Origin: Saccostrea echinata
Lineage: Eukaryota
Assembly (NCBI RefSeq): GCF_033153115.1
Contig: NW_026889758.1
Location: forward strand, 50,220,001-50,284,000
Length of the DNA: 64,000 nucleotides
Direction: 5' to 3'
A program made the translations under genes and the position numbers. The first letter of the stretch is position 1. Every line of letters begins with the position of its first letter. Shown here piece after piece: positions 25,801 through 35,665 of this stretch. The notes under the pieces were generated by a model. It saw only the letters and a program-made list of their open reading frames with translations, made no database searches and had not been told where the DNA came from.

Positions 25801-26031
25801 TCGTTGAGGTAATCTCTGATTGTTTTTTCCTGTTTTCAGTACAGGAGATATTGTTTCTTCTTTCAGGTGCACAAAATCTATAGGAGCACAGGGGCCAGTT
25901 TTGACAAAGCTAAGCAGGAATTCTCCACTGGTGTTATGAAGAATGAGACTGTTCAGGGTGTAGCTGCTAATGCGGCTCAGGGCGCTGTCAAAGGCATGGC
26001 TAGTCAGTACGGATCCAATAACAAGTACTGA
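13965..26031 (+). CDS. SCAMP1: Secretory carrier-associated membrane protein (SCAMP1-like), complete, with alternative exons
   Basis: Exons 13965-14021 ([19 protein letters not shown]), 14418-14522 (third NPF), 15109-15237, 16066-16132 (coiled coil, GC donor), 19152-19280 ([25 protein letters not shown]), 19427-19586 (TM1-TM2, E-peptide [11 protein letters not shown]), 20973-21071 or 21203-21301 (SDSSF + TM3), 22269-22410 or 24647-24764 (TM4), 25867-26031 ([26 protein letters not shown]...stop). Confidence 0.95.
15163..15357 (+). repeat. 99-bp tandem duplication of the 3' half of SCAMP exon 3, including its splice donor
   Basis: TCAAATGAACCTCCTCCATACTCAGAG...CAAGAG|GTAATGG occurs twice with period 99; donors at 15238 and 15337. 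Confidence 0.9.
15539..16019. mobile_element. MITE with CAGGGTTGCAA termini
   Basis: CAGGGTTGCAAATAAC ... GTTATTGCAACCCTG; flanks AGAGA/AGACA (imperfect 5-bp TSD). Confidence 0.7.
16356..17550. mobile_element. Non-autonomous DNA transposon with TTAA-like target (Kolobok-like)
   Basis: TIR AGGGTTTTTATCAC / GTGATAAAAACCCT; flanks TTAA and TCAA; internal inverted pair ACGTCATAGGTGTCAAT (~16529) / ATTGACACCTATGACGT (~17349). Confidence 0.75.
17775..19092 (+). mobile_element. Helentron-like element with an internal array of ~146-bp repeats (~6 copies)
   Basis: TTTAGCTCAGT-anchored unit recurs at ~18005, 18151, 18298, 18445, 18590 and 18738, with TGACCTTGACC motifs; 5' (TCCA/TCCG/TCTG) microsatellite. 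Confidence 0.7.
19838..20500. mobile_element. hAT-type MITE
   Basis: TAGGGATG ... CATCCCTA termini with 8-bp TSD GCATATAT/GCATAGAT (one mismatch). Confidence 0.8.
20973..21071 (+). CDS. SCAMP1: SCAMP alternative exon 7a (TM3)
   Basis: ttttccag|A TCA GAC AGT...ACA GT|gtaagt; 99 nt; [32 protein letters not shown]. Confidence 0.85.
21203..21301 (+). CDS. SCAMP1: SCAMP alternative exon 7b (TM3)
   Basis: attttcag|A AGT GAC AGC...ACA GT|gtaagt; 99 nt; [32 protein letters not shown]. Confidence 0.88.
22041..22187. repeat. 30-bp minisatellite, ~5 copies
   Basis: Unit TCCA(G/A)TTAAAACTGAATCTCAGTGATTGG, ending about 80 bp before exon 8a. Confidence 0.85.
22269..22410 (+). CDS. SCAMP1: SCAMP alternative exon 8a (loop + TM4)
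   Basis: aatttcag|T GGC ATC ATC AAT...GTC AAG|gtatag; [47 protein letters not shown]. Confidence 0.85.
23328..24128 (+). mobile_element. Helentron-like (HINE) element, degenerate
   Basis: Starts TTTTTAGCTCACCT and ends CTCAGGTGAGC-ATTGTGGCCTGTGAACCTTTCGTT; same terminal architecture as 44709-46676. Confidence 0.75.
24647..24764 (+). CDS. SCAMP1: SCAMP alternative exon 8b (loop + TM4)
   Basis: ctttgtag|G GGA TGG ATT AAT...CTT AAG|gtttgt; [39 protein letters not shown]. Confidence 0.88.
25156..25770 (+). mobile_element. Helentron-like element fragment with ~150-bp tandem units
   Basis: TTTTTAGTTCACCTCAACGAAGTTGGGGGAGCTT start; repeated AAAGTTTTTGGAGCAG / ACCAAACTTGCATGGATG units; same family as 42236-43815. 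Confidence 0.7.
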
Positions 26032-28421
26032 AAAAACCACATATGCCCTCGCCAAGGCCAATATTGAAATTGTAGGAAATTACATGTAGAGGTGTCATCG
26101 GAAGACTTATTCAATTTATATGAACTTAATGTGGTACTGAAGTATTTTAAGTTATGAAGTTACAATTATTTATATTATCATTTATTGTTGAATGGCAAAG
26201 ACTTGATGTAGTCACATGTTTTGAATGTCCAAGTCATTTTTAGTAGCAGCCTGTGTTGATGTAAGGGAATTTCACCACATTCTTGTTTAGATATCGGGAG
26301 AAAGCCATGTAATGGATGTTGCTTATGCTTGCCCAGATGTAGAGAGAGAGAGAATGGAGATTAGCTTTAGTTTTATCATAACCTTTACATTTTTTTTAAA
26401 AAAAGAGAATTCCAGCACAGGTGTATAATTCATTGATATTGTCATGATTGGGTATTTAATTTTGTTTAAAGGAATTCCATTTCAAGCAAATGATCATTGA
26501 TGTAAAACTTTGAAATATCAAGATTGCTTTATTTGTATCATTGAACAGAGAATAATTTCATCATGCTATTTGCCAGCTTGATTTTATATCAGAATTAGTG
26601 TAACATAAGGTGTGCCTATCCCTATTTTTGCCAGCTTGTGAAAACAGTGCTTCATTCCCCTACAAATGCATTGGTCTGTAAAATCGACATCGGGAAGTCC
26701 AGTAGTAATGTAACAATTTGTATGTACATGTTTGTTCTGGATTTTGAGTAATGGATGAGTACTGTATTTGATGTTTTAGGTAGAGGTAATCTTCGTAAAT
26801 AGTTTATCATATAATTATTGATACATGTATAATTTTGGGGTGGGATTTAAGTCTTAGCATAGTCAAGAAGGTGTGCACTCAACATTTTTGAGAAATTCTG
26901 GTTTCTCTTAGTCATATTTTATCAATTTTATGTATATATATAAGATATCATGAAAGGCACTATAACTATATGAAGTTTATAGTTTTAAAAAGGCAAGCTT
27001 TTTCACGATATATGTTTTTCAAATTATGAAGGTCCAGTGATTGCCAAACTTTTCCTCCAATCCAATTCCTAATTGTGATTCAATGAAATTTGGACAATAA
27101 GATGTATCTGTGTACCTGTGTTTGTCATTCTGACTGTGTTTGATAGATCTTTGCCTGTGTTACAGATTTTTCCCAGCTCTTGTTGTGAAGGGAAGACTTC
27201 AACAATCATATCATCAGATTCTGTACATAATGTATTTGTTATACTTTGTTAATGATATTTCTTTTTTTTTCATCTCTTCTGTGTTGTACAACTTATTAAT
27301 TTCTATTTTCTTACTCCACAAAACAAAGCAATGTTAAAATTGATTCATACAGCATGTATGTTACGAATTACTGATGAAGATAATTAATTAAGCATTTGTT
27401 GTTTGTTGGTCACAAAATACTATTGTTTAATTTCACTGATTTATCACTTAAAAGTTTTTAATTTTGCACTAATTTTGATCCATCACTAAAGACAAGTTTT
27501 AAAGAAATGAAGTGCGTATTTGTGTAGAAATTATGACTTGGAATGTGTTGATTTTTTGTGCACGGTCTCTCTGACCATTTGGTGTTTAAATGTTACGTTC
27601 ATTAATCCCAAGTCACTAGTAAGTGCTATGTAGTTTGTTACAAATTATATTTACATCAATCTATTAAAGTTTAAAATGTGTCTAGAATTCTTTAAATATA
27701 CCAAGATAATGTCAATCCAAACACATTCCAGAAGGGATATATCGAAATGAAACATGCTTAGTATAAGTGATGGAAAAATTAAATGATTATTAGTCACTGT
27801 CATCAGTAGTTGCATGTAATTGTTGTCGTTTTGTGGGTTAAAACCTGTAAAAGAATTGCGTACACTTTCTGTTACTAAGAATAAATATATTTAAAGCTGC
27901 AGTTTTTTTTTATTGATTTATGGATGTTTTCAACCACTTTTTTTGGGGGGGGGGGGGGTATTGATATCGGTAGATCTTGCAGTATAAGACAAAACAAGTC
28001 ACCATTGCAAACACACAGGAAAAGAAGTGTTTGTTTATTAGTTTTTCATGAATCAGATACAGAAACTAATTTTGTAAATATCTTTAACAAAAGTCCAGAG
28101 GTGTCCCAAAGTAGCATTTTCGTCTGCATACTCATCTGAATTAGCATGTCGATAAGTATTGTGTAATTTATGGACAGAAGTGACCAAGGCATTGCCCCAA
28201 GCTTAGGCTCTTATCTGATGATAACGTTTAACAAAAGGCATTTACATGTCCAAAAATCACACGATAGAGTGTACAACAAACAGCCTAATCCTATATATTA
28301 CATTACACCTAACAAGAGAAGATAAAAAAAAGTCGCTAGGTAAAATGAGGTCGAAAGGCAGACGACAGTTTGCATCAAGTTGCCCGCAGAGCAGAAGTAA
28401 AACTGTTTTATCGAAATAAAC

Positions 28422-31400
28422 ATGGCAGTGTTCATCGCTGGTCTCATTGGTACAATTGTCTTCTATATCGTCATCCTGGTCATCGGACTGATCGCTGGAC
28501 GGAAGAAATCGACCAGTTCGGACACACAATTTCTGGCCAATAGGGACTTGGGACTATTTGTGAGCAGTTTTACGCTGTCTGGTAAGTATCCACAGAATTA
28601 ACAATAATAAAAACTTAAGAGGGAAACCAATTTTTTTACGCCGAAAAAAATATATGTATAATTTTATATTATGTCCAACAGTCCTAATCAGTGTCTACAA
28701 GTGCATATATGCTCGTACATCTTGCATCAAATTATCTCAGCCGATTTTGCATATCCTTTGTTAAGAAAGCCTCCTTTATGTACAAATAAGAAAATTTCAA
28801 CCCAACCAACATATTAAAATATCAAATGGCTTAGATTCTTGAGACGCTTTCAAGCTGAAAATGTTCATTGAGGGAGGCTAAAAAAGGCAACCAAGGTGAA
28901 ATCTCGCTAGCTCTTGCAAATTTTGATACTGCAAACATTTCTGTTATTAATTTCACTCGATGAGTTATTATCAAGAGGGGGTTCGGACCTGACATTGAAC
29001 CCTCCAGGAAACACTGGCCCCTCTTTAAACGGTAGGGAGAGTTATCTATCTGGAGAAAATTGACTAAGGAAAGTCCCCCACCCCACAGAGATAGGATTTT
29101 CAGGTTTGGGCAAGTTGTTTGTTGTTGTTTGTTTGGTTTTTGTTTTGGCTTGTCAAAAATTTGTGAGACTGACATTTATTACAGTTGATGTTGACCCTCC
29201 CCTAACCCCTCTGCCTTGCCAGGCATACGCAAGTGCTTCAACGTCATTTAAAAAGACCCCCCCCCCCCGCGAAAAAAAGACCTGTATTTCCCTTTGAATA
29301 AATGAATAAAAAAGAAGACATGCATTTCCTTTTGAATAAATGATAAAAAAATTCTGATATTAGATACGGTTTGTAACGTGCTTTTCGTTCTATATATATT
29401 TACATAATTTTCTGATATTAGATACGGTTTCGTTCTATATACGTGTATTTACATAACAATACTTTGTTAATAATGCGAAACCTATAAGAACAAATGAATA
29501 TAAATATACAGTGTAAACATATATACATATATTATTGATAAGATTCCCAGTTTTTATCAACTTCATAATGTGAATGTACGATGCGCACTAGAAATAATTA
29601 AGAAAATTAGCAGAATTTCAAAGTAGAAAATACCTTTAAATTGAAACGATATATTTCTACTTTACAGATAGGGCTAAGGATAGCGAGCACATCTCGTTGG
29701 ATAAAAATCATATCCCATAATAAAAGAGGGATGCCATTTCTACTTAATTATAAAATTTCACGATGAAGTAAGCAGTTTTAATGTTGAAATTCAGACTGAT
29801 TAACGTACATTTTTTTTCCTGGAAACTAGAATTTAGCTTCCAGAAATGCTGAAAGTTCAAAAGCTTCCCGGGGAAGGGGTGCCTTTATTTGCTTTCACGT
29901 TGTTGTCGATTTGCGATTATAGTCCGCTCGTCGTCTGTGAAATTTATATATATTTCTGTAGATAGTCGGTAACATACCGAGTCAAAATCAATCAACGCCA
30001 CTGTGCAATAATTACGGAGGCTTTATATAGAATTCAGTCCTGTTAAAATCCATTGTATTCTTAATTAGATCTTCAACTTCAGACACAGGTACAAACTGCA
30101 TAAAGAAAGCTCCAAACACTGTATGCTAAAAGCTATTTTTTCAGTTAGAGTGATCTGCACTTAGAAGAAAAATGGCAATAAATCAAATTTAACTGTATAT
30201 AGGACATATTTAATTAAAACAATGATCTAAATATTGTTAACATTTTATAAAAACAAGATAAAGTATTTTGGATTTTTTAATACATTGTTTTCATGTGTTT
30301 TACCCATTTATGCAAGCAAAAGTGATTCAATTCATTTGTATAAGTTAATTGTCTTTGACATTTTTTTTTTCCGGTGTAAAAAGACCGGTAATCTATATTG
30401 AAAATTCATACTTTCATAAGATTCAATTTTTTTCTAACCCCCCCCCCCCCATCATTTTATAAGTGTTTGGAGTTACTGAAATAAAATACTCAGCAATCTG
30501 TTTAGTTCTTTCGAATTGCAACAGTTGTGTTCTCAATGAGACTTGGTATACGAGTAGAATACAACAGGATGTTCATATTCCTTTTTTTACCTGATTTCCA
30601 CGAACGATGTAAATATAAAATGTGATATTTTTTAAAATCTTTAATTTGATTGGTATTAAATTCAATCAGTTATTTTTGAACAATTGGTAATTTAGAATTA
30701 ATTTCACCAGCTGTACAGGGAGAGGGGGCTGCCTTTAAAGCACCCCCCGCTACATCCCTTTAAGGTGCATGGGGAAATTTCTCAAACAATTTATACCAAA
30801 TTTACACCAATTTAAATTGGTATATTAATTTTTTCATGATTCTTAAGCTAAATGCTCCTCTGCATTTCGATTAAGCATTGTGAACCGAAACCATTAGAGC
30901 TACAGTCTCTTCACAGACATATGTTTCTTAATACACGTGTGATTATTATTTTTATGGTCAGATTTGTTACATTGGAAGTCTTAAACCAAGATTTAAGAAG
31001 GAACACTTATGTTTATGTCTTTGACTTTTGAAGAATATTTTGATCGTATGCACCATTGGTGAATTGATAATTCTTTATTTTAGCTACAATGGTAGGTGGC
31101 GCTTATATTAGTGGAACAGCCTCAGAAATTGCAACGAAGGGATTGGTGAACACCGTAGCGCCCATTGGATACAACATCGGGATAGCAATTGGTAATTTAT
31201 GTTATTTATCGAGGAGAGCGTTTTTGTTTTTTGATGTTTTATTTCACTTTTCGTTTTAATGCATTTATACATGTATGTACATGTATATATTTATGATAAC
31301 TTTTTTCGCGCATTCTTGATTCGATCTGTCTTAAATTGTCTTAATTCATTACAAAATCACAAACTCTCACAAAGATAGTCCATTCTAATACATGTAATTT

Positions 31401-33727
31401 AAATAATGATGCCTGTTTTTTTTTTTTTTGTAGCTGGAGTGGTTTTTGCACCGAAGGTTCGACGGGGAAATTACACCACCATCTTTGATCTCTTTCAGAT
31501 CAAATTCGGCAAAAAGATGGGAGCTGTTTTATTCTTCAACGAACTTTTTGCAAACATTTTCTGGGAGGCTGCTATACTTGGAGCATTAGGTTTTCAACTA
31601 TTATACAGACTTTCATTATATCTTATATGAGAGAAATATTATAGTTCTGAATGTTTAATAGATATCAAACAGAATAAATTTCACATCATGTTCAACAGTT
31701 CACAACTATATGATGACCTTTAAAACCTACCTCTGCAATGCGAATAATTGCCCCATTTTACAATTTGTTTATGTAATTAGATTCTTTTATGTCATCTATT
31801 ATGCACTGGAATGGATGGGTTGAGAATGTTCTCAGAAATTACATTACATGCCAAATTAAGATTATTTATATGTACTGTAGAAGAGAATTCACATTCAATT
31901 TAACAAACGTTTATTTGAATTGAATTGCACACCCCCCCCCCCCAATCTTGCTAACGCAAGAGATGATTGTTCCGATGACCTAAGCTTTGTTTACACTTAA
32001 GCTGCAACTATTTCGATCTAGGGTGTCTCCTACTGACTTAATTAATCAATGCTGTAGGTTCCGTTGTTATAGTCCGTTACTTCGTGAGGACGATGTAGTT
32101 GTACGTTCCCCCTCTCCCAAGCACATGGCAAACATTTTGAAGTTTTCGTATAAAACTGCAAAAAAAATTTTAAACATCAGACCCAACGAGAAGAGGAAAA
32201 TAGCTAATGTGTTATTTGAATGCGCAATCTGCGACTTTGTCGAAGACTATTTACTGATGTAGACCTGGAAATCCTGAAAATGAGAAAAGGTTTCATGCAA
32301 CAGAGAGATGCATTGTAGATGCAGAAACTGTAGCGTTATGGTTTTATATTTTAGTCTTTGACCATAACGCTACAGATCCCTAATGCAAATATTGTGCAAT
32401 TTACGACGCAAGATTTTCTGTGCACGCTTGGGGTGTATTTGGGAGTATTTCTCTACTTTTCAGCATTGGACAATCAACTGACTTTTATTTCCCAATTCTA
32501 GACATATTATATTACCATCCTGCATATTTTATCCACCCTCTATAGTCGTCTACACAGACCATTAAATTCTCGTTTTGATTTTTTGTCGGATGGCAGACAG
32601 ATGAAAACAAGCGAGTTTTTTTGGTCACTTTAAATCCTTATACATCCTTCTACGTAAGGGGGAGTTAGCGAGTGGCCAAATCAGAATACCAGACCTAATA
32701 TGAAATATATTCACTGTGTGTTTCTTTTCTTAGGGGCCTCTCTAAAGTCTATTATCGGACTTGATATGAACGTGGCTGTTATAACATCTGCTTGTGTAGC
32801 TGTAGTCTATACTTTCTTTGGTGGACTCTATTCTGTCGCATACACGGATGTGATTCAACTCATTTTCATTGGAGTTGGCTTGGCAAGTGAAATATTTTTG
32901 TAATATTTAATGTGTAAAATTGGTCATATTTGGCTCGTAAGTAAAAAAAAAAAGGAGTAAAATACATGTACATGTATAATTCAGGAGTCTTCACAATGAA
33001 GTGCGACTTAATGTTTAAATCTTTTCGTGATTTTAACTACTAGTATTACAAATAATTTAAAATCATTGTAGACATTAGCTTTGCCATTTGTATTCACGAA
33101 CGAATCCGTGGACCTGTCCAGAGTTGAGGGCAAATGGCTAGGAACTGTGGCCACAGAACACATAGGAAACTATATCGATACCTTTGCTGTTGTTGTGTTC
33201 GGTGGAATTCCATGGCAGGTATAATTTTAAGCCATCACAGGGTGCAAATTCTACTTGCTCAAATAAGGAAGTGGCCTGAAATCTTTCTCTTTGGTGATTT
33301 TGAAGTTAGTATTAGGGCGTTTTTAGAAAATCAAAAGATATGCTCCGATTAAAGGGAACTTATGTTTCCAGCATTGAAATCTCACAGATTCTGTTGTGTG
33401 TGTCACCTGGTTCAGAAATCTGTCTGAAATACTTGAGAAGCAATTACGAACAAAGATAGTTCGCACCTACATGTTTTAGCCAATACTGTAATATTTTTCA
33501 ATTTTATACAGTCATATTACCAACGTGTACTGGCCTGTCATTCACCATCTTTGGCCCGAAACGCCACCTTGGTCTCCATCATATATTCCATGCTTCTGTT
33601 TCTTCCACCTGCTTTCTTGGGACTTGCAGGTGCCTCGGCAGGTAACAGTTAATGATTTCGGGGCCATAAATGTGTCATAATGTGGAAAATTGTTCATGTA
33701 TTTTCAAACTTACATTAAATGTCCGTC

Positions 33728-33759
<32 letters not shown>

Positions 33760-35614
33760 GATTACAACCCCCTTGGCAAGCAAAAGATCGTTTCTCTGGT
33801 TTTCAAAAAAGAGTAGGCTCATTGGGGGCCGCCAGGGAAACCCAAAAACTTTCAACCCGGAACGTAAACTTTAACCGCCGAAATATGGCTGAAATATTGC
33901 CGACTCGGCGTTAAACAATAACAATCAATCAATCAAACTTGCATTAAAAGACACAGATTAGCATCGAATCCTCGAAAGTTTAGTAATAGTAAACCAATAT
34001 AATCTTATATTTGTTTTCATCTTTCTCAAGAATATACATGTACATGTATTCTTTAAACAGAACAGAATTGATGGCAGATGCCTGTTTTGTCACACTGACT
34101 GTTTTGATTAAGTTTTTGTTAATTCTCAATAGATTGGAATGCCACAAGCTATGAGGGTAGTCTTCCATTAAGTAATACAGACTGGGAGTCAATTCTTCCC
34201 ATGGTTCTTCAGCACCTGTGTCCCACAGCGGTAGCAGTTATTGCCCTTGGTGCGCTCAGTGCAGCTGTCATGTCGTCCGCAGATTCCATTATTCTGGCCG
34301 TTGGCAGTGTGGTGGCGAGAAATATTTATCAGAATATTATAAGGCCTAATGTGAGTGTAGATAAGACATGCTAAGCTAATTCAGGGAATTTATGTCCCCC
34401 ACTCAATGACAGAAGTTTGTTTAAGATATTAGACAGAATTAACAATTAGTAACAGCATACAAGTCTGTAATCTTGACCTTTGACCTGTTCACCTCAAAAT
34501 CAAAGCTAGGGGTCAATAGACATTATTGAAGTGAAATGGTACGAATTGGGTCAATAGACAATATTGAAGTGAACTAGAAACAAATTCGTACCATGGCCTT
34601 GACTCCGTCACCTTTGGCTTCAAAAATAGAGGGTCTTTAAGTTAGAGTCACTGCTTTAAGTTCACTGTAAAAGCTCAAAGAGAACTGAAAATTTCCTGGA
34701 AAATATTTGGCCTCAAAATCAACGGGGCGTTACTGAAATCATAGGGGGTTATGGTGTAAATTTTCATTGCAAAAACCTAAGGACTTTTAAAGATACAATC
34801 CGGAAACGAAAGTATTACAAACAGATAGAATGATGGGCAAACAGAGGAACAAACCCAAATTAATACCCCCCGCGAAAGCAGGGGACAAAAAACCCCAGTA
34901 CCACCTTATTATGTATAAACCATTATATCATTTTTAAATTCGTAAAAGGAATACAATTTAAAAAGGATATGGTGGTCTATACATAATTATTATGAATAGA
35001 CCATTATATCCTTTTAAAATTTGTATAAGTAATATTGCTCTGTTTTTCAGGCATCAGACAGGGAGGTTGTTTGGGTCTTCCGTATTTGCGTAGTCATTGT
35101 TGGCATCCTGGGAACAGTTTTTGCTTTAACAGTACAGAGTGTATATGGATTACTGATACTTTGTGGAGACCTCATGGCCGTATCGCAATTCCCACAGCTG
35201 ATTTGCGCCCTGTGGTTGGATGTTGGAAACACCTATGGAAGCCTGGTGGGCCTTATCGTCGGTCTATTACTGAGGATCCTCGGCGGAGAACAAGTGCTTG
35301 GAATCGATGCTGTTATTAAGTATCCATTTTATGATGTAAAGCACAATCAGCAAAAGTTCCCTTTCAAAGTCGTCGCTATGCTTTGTTCCTTGGCAGCAAT
35401 CATTCTGACATCTTATGTCACTCATTTCCTTTTTACACGTCATTACCTTTCAAAAAAGTTTGACATTTTTCGTTGCTTTCCTGTTGTAGAGAAGGAAATT
35501 CGTCTCGAACACGAAAATGATTTAATGCTTCAAAACAAAAATAAGAATTCTGACCCAAACCTTGAAAATTCTGACGAAAAGGCTACTCTTACAACGGATC
35601 AAAATTTTCAATAG
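28422..35614 (+). CDS. SLC5A7: High-affinity choline transporter-like sodium:solute symporter (SLC5A7/CHT1 family paralogue), 8 exons, complete
   Basis: Exons 28422-28581 ([22 protein letters not shown]...[16 protein letters not shown]), 31084-31191 ([13 protein letters not shown]...APIGY), 31434-31589, 32734-32882 ([18 protein letters not shown]; GC donor), 33072-33218 (FGGIPWQ), 33512-33641 (SYYQRVL), 34133-34350 ([14 protein letters not shown]), 35051-35614 (FPQL...LRILGGE...QKFPFK...stop). Confidence 0.92.
33720..33933 (+). mobile_element. 5'-truncated SINE
   Basis: TGTCCGTCGGATGGGACGTTAAATGG ... GGCGTTAAACAATAA(CAAT)n tail; 15-bp TSD CAAACTT(A/G)CATTAAA at 33705-33719 and 33934-33948. 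Confidence 0.8.
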
Positions 35615-35665
35615 CAGACAAAACACAACAATCGGCATAAAAATAAACATTTATGTTTAATGTAC

